Made by a program: the position numbers and the translations under genes. DNA of 64,000 bases, taken from Verrucomicrobiota bacterium (GTDB lineage Bacteria > Verrucomicrobiota > Verrucomicrobiia > Chthoniobacterales > UBA10450). This document shows positions 26,213 through 34,355 of this stretch, one piece after another. Location of the stretch: contig JBKPOB010000038.1 of the NCBI GenBank assembly GCA_046732875.1, positions 41,031 through 105,030 on the forward strand, read 5' to 3'. Every line of letters starts with the position of its first letter. The first letter of the stretch is position 1. The notes under the pieces were generated by a model that searched no databases, was not told where the DNA came from, and worked only from the letters and a program-made list of their open reading frames with translations.

Positions 26213-26695
26213 ATGCAGATACAAGTTGGAATCATCACAATCTCGGATCGCGCCAGCGCAGGCGACTATCAGGATCTTGGCGGACCTGCGCTGAAAGAAG
26301 CGGCGCAAAAGGCAGGCTGGCAGGTTCTATCGGAAGCGATTGTTCCTGACGACGCGGAACGCATTCAGCAGGCGATTCGGTCATTTTCGCAGCAAGGCTG
26401 TGGTTTGATTCTGGCAACTGGCGGCACAGGCGTCGGACAGCGGGACGTTACGCCCGAGGCGATTCGCGCAATCATGCGCGTCGAGCTGCCTGGCTTCGGA
26501 GAGGTGATGCGGGCGGAATCCATGAAGATCACTCCCAATTCAATTCTCTCGCGCAGCCTGGCAGCGGTCGTCGACCTTTCTCTCGTCATCGCGCTTCCGG
26601 GAAAGCCGAGCGGCGCTGTCGAGTGTCTCGGATTTGTTAAGGGAGCAATCCCACACGGCGTCGCCCTTGCGCAGCGAGTGCCTACTTCGTGCTGA
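26213..26695 (+). CDS. moaB: Molybdenum cofactor biosynthesis protein MoaB/MogA family
   Basis: GIITISDR.S.G...D..GP.L......G......IVPDD...I, then ..TGGTG...RDVTPEA. Typical MoCF_biosynth domain. Confidence 0.85.
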   Translation: MQIQVGIITISDRASAGDYQDLGGPALKEAAQKAGWQVLSEAIVPDDAERIQQAIRSFSQQGCGLILATGGTGVGQRDVTPEAIRAIMRVELPGFGEVMRAESMKITPNSILSRSLAAVVDLSLVIALPGKPSGAVECLGFVKGAIPHGVALAQRVPTSC

Positions 26696-26751
26696 TGCAG
26701 GAAGTGGAACTTGACGGCTTTAAGCCGTCAAGTTTGCTGTAGTTTGGAACT

Positions 26752-27858
26752 TCAATCGGGCCAAATCAGCAGCCGCATCAGTTGCCTGCCGTAATCTGTG
26801 AGATGCGCATTTGCGCCGTGGCCGGAAATCATGTCCCGGGTCAGATAAGAGTAATTTACGGATCGATTTTTGACATAACTCAGCTCGGGTTGCGTCACGC
26901 TTTTATCGCTCGGTTCTATTCTTAGCGGCACACCGGATTGTGCGAATGAGATTTCCCAGGAAGATTTTTCGTTTCGACTCTCCGTAGTGAGCATCCACGG
27001 ATAAGACTTTGGCAACTCGAAATGTCGGGATTTGGGAAGCGTCACTTTGTAGAATGTTTCTTCTCGACTGAGGAATTCGGGAATTGTCAGCGAGGGATTT
27101 TTGTGTAGTGCAAGATACAACCGAGCGACATCGAGCCCGACTAGGTTCATCCCGTTGTAAACGCCGTTATGATTGGGATCATTTCTAAAGAATGTGTTGT
27201 ACCAGGCCTCGAATTGATCACTAAGCATCAGGTTCAGTTCCAAATGGAGATGGGCGCGTTCCCGGTTTAGTCCTGTTCCGGTGTAGCCCATTACGGCGAT
27301 GCGCTCGCCGCGTTTCACCGCATCCCCCGGCTGCACCGCGATCGAACTCAGATGTCCATATAAGCTATAGTAATTTGAGCCGCTCCAGCGGTGTTCAATG
27401 ACGATGTATTTTCCGTAGTTCGAGTAGCCGGGCACGGGGTTAACGTGCACCACCTTCCCACCGGCGATGGCGCGTACTTCATCGAGCGGCTCTCCGTGAG
27501 CGTCACGGTGCAAAGGGCGAATATCGATCCCTTCATGAAAACGGGTGTAGACAACGCCACCCGCTGTGTCCGTAGGATCGCGCACAAAACCGTACCGGCC
27601 ACCTTCCCAAGGCGTGGATTTCACGTCCTTGTAGTTGCGTTCGATGTACTGGTAAAATGCCGCGCCGCCGCCTGAAAACAGGGCATCGTTGTCGGTAGGC
27701 AAGACGAGATCGACAACATCGTGCGTTTCGCTGATGAGCGAAACAGCGGACGCTAGCAACACTGCGATTACCGCCGCGAAACGAATGACGAGTGACGAAT
27801 GACGGAATGACAAACTAATGACGAATGATAAATTCTGCTGCGCAAAGTAGTTCGTCAT
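26752..27858 (-). CDS. M23-family metallopeptidase (LytM-like), secreted
   Basis: HEGIDIRP (HxxxD) and GYTGTGLNRERAHLHLEL (HxH) motifs. The N-terminal 25 codons lie inside the GTCATT word array, so the start is uncertain (an alternative TTG exists in ...SLSFRH...). Confidence 0.8.
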   Translation of the reverse strand: MTNYFAQQNLSFVISLSFRHSSLVIRFAAVIAVLLASAVSLISETHDVVDLVLPTDNDALFSGGGAAFYQYIERNYKDVKSTPWEGGRYGFVRDPTDTAGGVVYTRFHEGIDIRPLHRDAHGEPLDEVRAIAGGKVVHVNPVPGYSNYGKYIVIEHRWSGSNYYSLYGHLSSIAVQPGDAVKRGERIAVMGYTGTGLNRERAHLHLELNLMLSDQFEAWYNTFFRNDPNHNGVYNGMNLVGLDVARLYLALHKNPSLTIPEFLSREETFYKVTLPKSRHFELPKSYPWMLTTESRNEKSSWEISFAQSGVPLRIEPSDKSVTQPELSYVKNRSVNYSYLTRDMISGHGANAHLTDYGRQLMRLLIWPD

Positions 27859-27906
27859 TTGGGTTTCGTCATTCCTTCGTCATTGGGCATTGGACATTCG
27901 TCATTT
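27782..27906. repeat. Inverted GAATGAC/GTCATT word arrays straddling the M23 peptidase start codon
   Basis: Left arm (inside the CDS): cgaatgacgagtgacgaatgacggaatgacaaactaatgacgaatgat. Right arm (upstream of the ATG at 27858): gttcgtcatttgggtttcgtcattccttcgtcattgggcattggacattcgtcatttt. Confidence 0.65.
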
Positions 27907-27917
27907 TGCAACCGGCA

Positions 27918-28388
27918 TCATCGCTTTTTCTTTTTCCCTATCATGCGCCAGTCTTTTTTCATCAATTCGATATCCGCCGAAGTTAGCCCGGAAGGAATGT
28001 AGATTTTTCCGTCGGAAACGCGCTTGTCGATTTCGAGTTCGGTGATTTGTCGGCCGTTAATGAACACGAAAAGCAAGCTGCTGCGGCGCTCAACGCTTAA
28101 AGTATCGAGCACGACCCGCCCATGCTCGTCGAGTTGAAGCAGTGCACCATACGTTCCATTTGCAGCCGGATACGGAGAAAACGCCATGACATCGCGTTCT
28201 GAAATCCACGGCATTTTTTCCATTGCCACAGTTTTTCCGGAGACTTGCGTGCGAACGGACGTCGCGAATACCTCCGTGTCGCGAGGGTTTGCTTGTGCAT
28301 GCAATCGGAACGTGCAATGTCGTTGTTTCGCCACGCCTTCGGACGCGGCGAAAACCAGGCAAAACGCGAATGCACAGAGAGTTTTCAT
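27918..28388 (-). CDS. Secreted protein, unknown function
   Basis: Signal peptide MKTLCAFAFCLVFAASEGVA from the ATG at 28388 (codon 25 of the ORF-track ORF). Lys-rich C-terminus. Only a weak resemblance to SecD-P1-head-like small domains, not asserted. Confidence 0.5.
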   Translation of the reverse strand: MKTLCAFAFCLVFAASEGVAKQRHCTFRLHAQANPRDTEVFATSVRTQVSGKTVAMEKMPWISERDVMAFSPYPAANGTYGALLQLDEHGRVVLDTLSVERRSSLLFVFINGRQITELEIDKRVSDGKIYIPSGLTSADIELMKKDWRMIGKKKKR

Positions 28389-28458
28389 GCGGATTGGATA
28401 AATGGTTTGACAGGGTTTTTGCAACCTCGAAAGCTTTCGGGTCTGTTTTAATCCGCCC

Positions 28459-28992
28459 ATGAAGCGACGAGCAATTTTGCAGATTCTGATATTTTGCGTT
28501 CTCGGGAGCCTGTTTGCTCAGGACGCTTTGCCGACGTCCACGCCCGCACGTAGGCGCGGTTGGCTAGGTCGCCTCCTCCATCCATTTTCTCCCGACGCAG
28601 TTCCCCAATACAAGGATACCAGACTTCGCGGGCTTACGGTCGACCTGCAAATCACACCGCAGAGCATCAAGCTGTCTGAAGTGCGCCAGCTTGGGATAAA
28701 ATTGACGCTGGCAAACGTATCCAAGCGCCCTGTGACGCTCGATTTTCCGACAAACCAACGGATTGAAATTTATCTAATGAATTCCGAAGGCAACATCCTC
28801 ACAAAGTGGTCCGACAACCACGCGATCACAGAGAAACCCGCCACGATCTTGATTAATCCGCAGGAGCGGATCGAGTACAACGAATCAATCGCAACGCGCG
28901 ACCTGACGCCAAACAGGGTCTTTATCGCCGAGGTCTTTTTCCCTCAGTATCCGGAGTTGCGTGTCCGGCAAAAGTTCCTGGCTGTGCCGTGA
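28459..28992 (+). CDS. Secreted protein, possibly BsuPI-like (proteinase-inhibitor fold)
   Basis: Signal peptide MKRRAILQILIFCVLGSLFAQ. LTLANVSKRPVTLDFPTNQRIEIYLMNSEGNILTKWSD resembles the BsuPI pattern (N.S...V.L.F.SGQ.YD..v.d..G..vW.WS). Family assignment is tentative. Confidence 0.5.
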   Translation: MKRRAILQILIFCVLGSLFAQDALPTSTPARRRGWLGRLLHPFSPDAVPQYKDTRLRGLTVDLQITPQSIKLSEVRQLGIKLTLANVSKRPVTLDFPTNQRIEIYLMNSEGNILTKWSDNHAITEKPATILINPQERIEYNESIATRDLTPNRVFIAEVFFPQYPELRVRQKFLAVP

Positions 28993-28995
28993 GCG

Positions 28996-29072
28996 GGTTG
29001 ATCGTGGATAGCTGATAGTTGATAGAGTCGAACGTGGCGGTCAATCAACTCTCAACCAAAGACTATCAACTC
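28996..29072. repeat. Inverted GTTGAT/ATCAAC word arrays across the 5' end of the PHP phosphatase gene
   Basis: ggttgatcgtggatagctgatagttgatagag ... tcaatcaactctcaaccaaagactatcaactc. Same words as at 1824-1852. Confidence 0.55.
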
Positions 29073-29864
29073 TTCTCCGACTACCACACTCATCCACAGG
29101 GACATCGTGTGCAGCCATACACGCCGACGTTGCTCCAGCCCTGGGCGGATTCTGCGCGTAAGATCGGTTTAACCGACATCGCTTTTACCGATCACGATCG
29201 TTATCACGCCGGAATTGACTTCGATGAGCTCGATCATTTGCGCGAGAAAAATCCCGATCTGAGAATCCGTGCTGGCATTGAGCTGGATAATGATCCCATT
29301 CACTCGGCGGCCGGTCGGAAGTGGATTGAGAAGCATTGGGACAAACTCGATTTCGTCCTGGGCTCAGTGCACTTCCTCGATCGCGACGATCAAATGTTCG
29401 ACAGCGTGCCAGATGGCGCGGCGCAATTCGAAGGCCGTGACATCGATGCGATTTACGCCGATTATTTTCGCCGTGTTCGCGAAATGGCGGCAACAGGATT
29501 AGTCGACTGCCTTGCTCATCTCGATCTTATCAAGATTCATGGTCATCGACCCGCTTCGGAAATCGGAGCGATCGTCAACGAAACGCTGGACTTTGTTGGC
29601 GCGCGCAATCTCGCAATCGAGCTTTCCACTGCCGGATGGCGCAAACCGGTGAACGAACTCTATCCAACGGATCGGATTATCGAGCTGGCAATAGAGAAGG
29701 AGATCCCTTTTACGATTGCCTCCGACGCGCACTCGCATGCGCAGTTGGGTGAGAATTATCCAAGGCTTGCGCAAAAGTTGGCCACCTTTGAGATTCGCCA
29801 AATTTGCGTTTTCGAAAACCATCAACGCGTTGCGCGGACTGTTTGCGCCAAACCACTGCTATAA
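29019..29864 (+). CDS. PHP-family histidinol-phosphatase-like protein (HisJ/HisK family)
   Basis: DYHTHP.GH, AFTDHD, GSVH, HLDL and SDAHS metal-ligand blocks. The TTG start at 29019 lies inside the repeat, and a GTG at 29034 is an alternative. Confidence 0.7.
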   Translation: MIESNVAVNQLSTKDYQLFSDYHTHPQGHRVQPYTPTLLQPWADSARKIGLTDIAFTDHDRYHAGIDFDELDHLREKNPDLRIRAGIELDNDPIHSAAGRKWIEKHWDKLDFVLGSVHFLDRDDQMFDSVPDGAAQFEGRDIDAIYADYFRRVREMAATGLVDCLAHLDLIKIHGHRPASEIGAIVNETLDFVGARNLAIELSTAGWRKPVNELYPTDRIIELAIEKEIPFTIASDAHSHAQLGENYPRLAQKLATFEIRQICVFENHQRVARTVCAKPLL

Positions 29865-30737
29865 CTGAAGATCGAGCTGCGTCCGTTTCTGCGTTGAGGC
29901 GGCTTGTTCTGTTCCCGAAGGCAGCATCACCTCATACCCCAAACGTTGAGCGAGGCGCTGGCAGGTTTCAGGAGCAAACCCTTCGAAGTGATTGCTGACG
30001 AATGCCCAGACATTGCGCGCTTCAGAAAGATGCCGCTCAATCTTGAGCGACCAGCTCTCAAGTGCAGCTTCCCGTTTCCATAGCAATTTCTTGTAATGGT
30101 GGACGTGCCCGCCGTCGACATCGTATTTGGTTGTGTAATCGCCAAGCAGACGCAGATACAAAAAGTCAGAAGTGCGCGGCAGAAATTCGAAAGGTGCAAG
30201 ATTTCGTTCGTTAAGTGGCGTGGTGTCCGCCCACACCCAGCAAATGCGATGCTTTTCCAAAAGCCGGATGAACTGTGGCCGATGCCATCCGGCATGACGA
30301 AATTCAACGGCGAAGCGGAAATCCTTTGGCAGTTGGCTGAGAAAAGTGCGCAACGCCAGCTTACCATCCTTTGGCGCGAAGGAAGGCGGAAGCTGGATCA
30401 GGATAACGCCCAGTTTTGCTCCCAGCGGTTCGATGGCGCGGAGAAACGAATTTACCTCGGCGGTGCAATCGCGCAGCCGGGAAGTGTGTGTGATCTGACG
30501 GGGAAGTTTACACGTGAAACAGAAGTCGGTGGGGGTCATCTGGATCCAACGTCGAACGCTATTTTCCGGCGGAACAGCATGAAAGGTCGAATCCACTTCA
30601 ACTGCTGTAAAATAGTTGGCATAGAATTCCAGCCAGTGAGCCTCTGGCAAATCCGTCGGATAGAAAACCCCACGCCAGTCTTCAAAGCTCCAAGCGCACG
30701 AGCCGATGCGTAACTTCTGCTGATCGGTTACATTCAA
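29859..30737 (-). CDS. DUF72 (UPF0759) family protein
   Basis: GSCAWSFEDWRGVFYP......WLEFYA..F..VEVDSTFH and LGVILIQLPPSF are canonical DUF72 blocks. Confidence 0.8.
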   Translation of the reverse strand: MNVTDQQKLRIGSCAWSFEDWRGVFYPTDLPEAHWLEFYANYFTAVEVDSTFHAVPPENSVRRWIQMTPTDFCFTCKLPRQITHTSRLRDCTAEVNSFLRAIEPLGAKLGVILIQLPPSFAPKDGKLALRTFLSQLPKDFRFAVEFRHAGWHRPQFIRLLEKHRICWVWADTTPLNERNLAPFEFLPRTSDFLYLRLLGDYTTKYDVDGGHVHHYKKLLWKREAALESWSLKIERHLSEARNVWAFVSNHFEGFAPETCQRLAQRLGYEVMLPSGTEQAASTQKRTQLDLQL

Positions 30738-30874
30738 AACGAGATTGCAACGTTAGCCAGTCTTCCGTCCTTGGAAAAGGCTTCACTTTTGGAAATATGG
30801 TGAACATCCCACGGGGCACCCTTGCGACCTCGGAAACTTGACTGAGCGCATAAGTCAACTACCCTGCCACACCC

Positions 30875-32137
30875 ATGCATTTCGCTATTCGTGTGCTTGT
30901 AGTTTTCGCGCTTGTTGCATTGCTTTTGCCCGAATCCGGCAAGGCGTCTGTCGTCTTTAAGCCGGGTAAAAAACCGGAGTACGTAGGCCCGGACGGCGTA
31001 GAAGAAGAACTTAGCGGCGATGCTGTGGACCTGTTTCAGATTGGCCAGGCTGCCGAGAAAGAAGGCAATTATAAACGCGCGATCAGAGCTTACAAGAGTC
31101 TCGTCAAACGCCATCCCAAAGACAAGGTTGCCCCGGAAGCGCTTTATCGTGCGGCTCGATTACAGGAACAAGAGCACAGCTACTTCGCCGCGGCGGATTC
31201 ATTTTCGCGGTTAGTAGAAAAATATCCCGGCAGTCCGCATTTTGAGGAAGCAATCGAGGCGCAGTTCCGGATCGGCGAAATCTATCTTAACGGGAAGAAG
31301 TTGAGGTTCCTTGGCATTCCGATTGCCTCAGCATTGGATCGTGCTGTAACTGTTTTTGCCAATGTGGTCCGAACCGCACCCTACGGAAAATATACTGCGC
31401 GGGCGCAGTTTGATATTGGTCTTGCTCGGGAGAAGCAAGGCGCCAATGATGCGGCCATTCAAGCGTACCAGGCCGTCGTAGACAAGTTTCCTAACGAGCC
31501 TGTCGCCGTGGACGCGCAATATCAAATCGGCTACATCTGGTTTAATGCCGCACAGCTAGGCACAAAGGACGCGGCCGCAGCAGCGAACGCCAAGACTGCG
31601 TTTGAAGATTTCCTCTTCCATTATCCCAAGAGTGAGAAAGCAGCCCAGGCGCGCGCTAATCTCGAAATTCTCGAGCATAAGCAAACGACCAATTCATACA
31701 AGGTCGCAAAATTTTACGACAAACAGAAATATTATCGTGCTGCGGTTATCTACTACAACGAAGTGATTCGCCAGCAGCCAGGTTCTCAGGAAAGCAACGA
31801 GGCGAAAAAACGGATTGACCAGCTGCGCGCAAAATTTGGGGATGCAGCGCTTCAGCCGGCACTACCTGTGGGACAGGCCAGCAAGAAAAAGAGTGATACG
31901 CATGGCGCGCGAACTGCGGAAAGCGGGTCGGTGAGACCAGGTCCGGCAAACAACGAAGCCCCATTGCCGGCGTCGGAAAGCGACAGTTCGCTGCCGCCAC
32001 CAGCTTCGCTTGCTCCCGATACCACCACTGCGCCAGATGCCATACTCGCTCCGCCGGGCACAAGCACCACCTCCGATACGTTGCCGACTTCCGAGCCATC
32101 GGCCTCTCCCGGAGCGTCCGCTTCACCGGCGCCTTGA
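30875..32137 (+). CDS. BamD/YfiO-like TPR protein with ~100-aa Pro/Ser/Thr-rich C-terminal tail
   Basis: Signal peptide without a lipobox Cys. TPR-like helices with YP.S....EA....IGE.Y and AP.GKYTA.AQFDIG patterns resembling BamD/YbgF-type proteins. The tail is PASESDSSLPPPASLAPDTTTAPD... Assignment is moderate. Confidence 0.5.
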   Translation: MHFAIRVLVVFALVALLLPESGKASVVFKPGKKPEYVGPDGVEEELSGDAVDLFQIGQAAEKEGNYKRAIRAYKSLVKRHPKDKVAPEALYRAARLQEQEHSYFAAADSFSRLVEKYPGSPHFEEAIEAQFRIGEIYLNGKKLRFLGIPIASALDRAVTVFANVVRTAPYGKYTARAQFDIGLAREKQGANDAAIQAYQAVVDKFPNEPVAVDAQYQIGYIWFNAAQLGTKDAAAAANAKTAFEDFLFHYPKSEKAAQARANLEILEHKQTTNSYKVAKFYDKQKYYRAAVIYYNEVIRQQPGSQESNEAKKRIDQLRAKFGDAALQPALPVGQASKKKSDTHGARTAESGSVRPGPANNEAPLPASESDSSLPPPASLAPDTTTAPDAILAPPGTSTTSDTLPTSEPSASPGASASPAP

Positions 32138-32637
32138 AAGCCTTATTTGCCACCCTATTCTGCTTCGCCCTCGCTGGTTGCCTCGGCTATCACGTCGGCC
32201 CCGTAAAGCCATATTATCTGCGCGACGTTCACACCATCGCAGTACCGACTTTTAAGAATCGCACCCTTGTTCCTCGGATCGAAGTATTGGTTACCGATAC
32301 GGTGATCAAGCAGTTACAACAGGATGGGACGTTCCAGATTACCAATGGGGATAAAGCGGACGCTACCCTGTCAGGTGAAATCGCGCGCATCACCCGAGCG
32401 CCGGCGCGCTCAGTGCGTGGCAACGTCCTGGCTACGACCGAGTTTAGCCTCGCACTGGTGGTAAAGTACTCGCTCACTGGACGGGAGGGCAACCAACTGG
32501 TGCCGCCGAATGATGTGCTCGGACAGACCACCTTCTTTGTGAGCAGCGACGTAACTAGTGATGAGCGTCAGGCTTTGCCTCTTGCCACTGAAGACCTCGC
32601 CACCCGACTAGTTACCCAAATCAGCGAGGGTTGGTGA
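32134..32637 (+). CDS. LptE-like lipoprotein (LPS assembly)
   Basis: TTG start overlapping the previous stop (TTGA). Lipobox FALAGC. I.VP.F.N.T..P..E..VT..V...L..DG.......AD..L.G.I matches the LptE-family layout. Confidence 0.55.
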   Translation: MKALFATLFCFALAGCLGYHVGPVKPYYLRDVHTIAVPTFKNRTLVPRIEVLVTDTVIKQLQQDGTFQITNGDKADATLSGEIARITRAPARSVRGNVLATTEFSLALVVKYSLTGREGNQLVPPNDVLGQTTFFVSSDVTSDERQALPLATEDLATRLVTQISEGW

Positions 32638-32643
32638 TGAGTA

Positions 32644-33522
32644 ATGAAAGGTGAAGAAAAGCTTTGGACGATCCTCAACGACAAACTCGATACTCTGCGC
32701 GCCACAAACCAATTGCCCCAGGCGATTCGCGTTGCCGAAACAGCGCTTGAAATCGCCAAGCGCGCCTTCCGCGGCACAGACCTTCCGCTGGCGACCAGCT
32801 TCGAGAAGCTAGGACAGCTTCTCGATCAAAAGGGTGATCGCGCGGCGGCCAAAGGATATTTACTCAAAGCGCATGCAATTCTGGAAAAGGTAAACCCGCC
32901 AGACCAGCGTGCCATCTACCGCTCCGCGAGACGGCTTGCATTTCTATGCGATAGTCTCGGCCAGTCTGAAGAGGCCATTAATTTCTATCAGAAAGCAATC
33001 GCCGCGGGTACCGAAATCGAAGACATTCATTATTCGGATCTCGGCACCATGTTAAACAATGTTGCCCTGATTTTGCGTAAGTCGGGGCGACAAAAAGCAG
33101 CTGAACCGTGCTACCTACGCGCATTGCAGATTTACGAGAAACAGCTCGGCCTGGACCATCCCGATGTGGCGTCGGTGCTGAATAACCTCGCCGTGTTTTA
33201 CACGAATGAGCGCCGTTTTACTGAGGCTGAGAAAATACATGTTCGTGCGCTTGCTATTCGCGAGAACTTAGACCCGCCTCCGCTCGCCGACATTGCACAA
33301 TCAAAATGTAACCTGGCGGTTGTCTATCATTCGCGCGGCGATTACGCCAAGGCGGCAGAGCTTTATCAGGCTTCTCTCAAGATTTGGGAGCAAGTGAAGG
33401 ATAAACCTTTGAAGGATTATGAGATTGTTGTGTCCAATTATGCCGATCTTTTGCGCTCGCTTGGCCAGGTACGTAAAGCGCACCAGTTGGAAGTTCGCGC
33501 CCGGAAGAAACGTTCGGGCTAA
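32644..33522 (+). CDS. TPR-repeat protein (kinesin-light-chain-like TPR_12 repeats)
   Basis: Repeated ..A...Y..AL.I.EK.LG.DHPDVA..LNNLA..Y motifs. Starts 7 nt after the LptE-like stop. Confidence 0.7.
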   Translation: MKGEEKLWTILNDKLDTLRATNQLPQAIRVAETALEIAKRAFRGTDLPLATSFEKLGQLLDQKGDRAAAKGYLLKAHAILEKVNPPDQRAIYRSARRLAFLCDSLGQSEEAINFYQKAIAAGTEIEDIHYSDLGTMLNNVALILRKSGRQKAAEPCYLRALQIYEKQLGLDHPDVASVLNNLAVFYTNERRFTEAEKIHVRALAIRENLDPPPLADIAQSKCNLAVVYHSRGDYAKAAELYQASLKIWEQVKDKPLKDYEIVVSNYADLLRSLGQVRKAHQLEVRARKKRSG

Positions 33523-33607
33523 CTTCCGAGTTTCCTTCCGTTGTATTGTGGCTGGTTTGACCTTGCAGGCAGCCGGCACGCGCGCATTGTAAGAGCCACT
33601 GGTTTTT

Positions 33608-33689
33608 GCTCGCGTGGCGGAATTGGCAGACGCGTACGGCTCAGGACCGTATGGGGAAACCCGTGGAGGTTCGAGTCCTCTCGCGAGCA
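33608..33689 (+). tRNA. tRNA-Leu (anticodon CAG), CCA not encoded
   Basis: Acceptor gctcgcg/cgcgagc. D-arm tggcggaattggcagacgcg is near-identical to E. coli tRNA-Leu. Anticodon stem tacgg/ccgta with loop CTCAGGA. Long variable arm. T-arm ggagg-ttcgagt-cctct. Discriminator A. Confidence 0.9.
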
Positions 33690-33763
33690 GTGCTTGGGTG
33701 TCCCTGGCGACTCACTTTGGAAGGGAAAACTATCGACAAGCGGCCGATTTCGGTACTGATCGA

Positions 33764-34285
33764 TTATTTGCGTCCCGCAGCTCTCCGTCGCGCCGCCCAG
33801 CGAGCCTTCATCAACTGCGAGAGCCTTCTTCGGCCAGCAGGTGTGAGACCACCTTTCTTCGCTGATGGTGCTGCTTTTGTTCCTCCGGCCTTTCTTCTTG
33901 CTGCCCAGCGGGCCTTCATTAACTCAGACAGCTTTCTCCGGCCAGCGGCCGTAAGCGCGCCTTTTTTCTTCGTAGCAGCAGGTTTCGCTCCGCCCTTTAA
34001 TCTTGCCCAGCGAGCCCTGGCCGCGGCTGAAAGCTTGGCTCGCGTTGAAGGTGAAAAGTAACGCCCTGCCTGTGTGGGGGCTGCCGCGGGTCTGGCAGGT
34101 GCACCGCCCAGAATTGAGGAAAGACGTCTTTCCAGATTATCGATTTGCCGGCGTATTGAAACCGCTTCTTCTAAAGCTTTAACAGATATATCCATGCTTG
34201 TGACATAGCCGGGTTTGCGGTATTCGCAATCCTTTTTTATAACAAACTTCATGCCTAACATTTGTGACAGGTGTCTTTCATCCAT
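33764..34285 (-). CDS. Basic protein: N-terminal coiled-coil plus three 'R.KLS....KARWA' repeats; candidate DNA-binding/nucleoid-associated protein
   Basis: Repeats TRAKLSAAARARWARLK / GRRKLSELMKARWAARRK / GRRRLSQLMKARWAARRR are separated by Lys/Ala/Gly linkers. A heptad-like segment ISVKALEEAVSIRRQIDNLERRLSSIL is present. A likely shorter start is the ATG at 34195 (MDISVK...). Confidence 0.6.
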   Translation of the reverse strand: MDERHLSQMLGMKFVIKKDCEYRKPGYVTSMDISVKALEEAVSIRRQIDNLERRLSSILGGAPARPAAAPTQAGRYFSPSTRAKLSAAARARWARLKGGAKPAATKKKGALTAAGRRKLSELMKARWAARRKAGGTKAAPSAKKGGLTPAGRRRLSQLMKARWAARRRAAGRK

Positions 34286-34355
34286 TAGTTACATCCATGT
34301 GGTAAACAAGAAGTGAGTTATCGTAAAATTGCGAGCTAGCGTTTACCCACTTCAA

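Noticed and set aside
33606-34061. 151-aa plus-strand ORF
   Set aside because: It starts inside tRNA-Leu and is antisense to the basic-repeat gene. Its own repeats (AAQRAFIN..SLLRPA) simply mirror the KARWA repeats.
33523-34300. tRNA-Leu as an integration site for a genomic island
   Set aside because: There is no integrase, no phage or plasmid genes, and no direct repeat of the tRNA 3' end that I could find by eye downstream. Flanking genes (ubiE and the TPR/LptE-like genes) are core-type.
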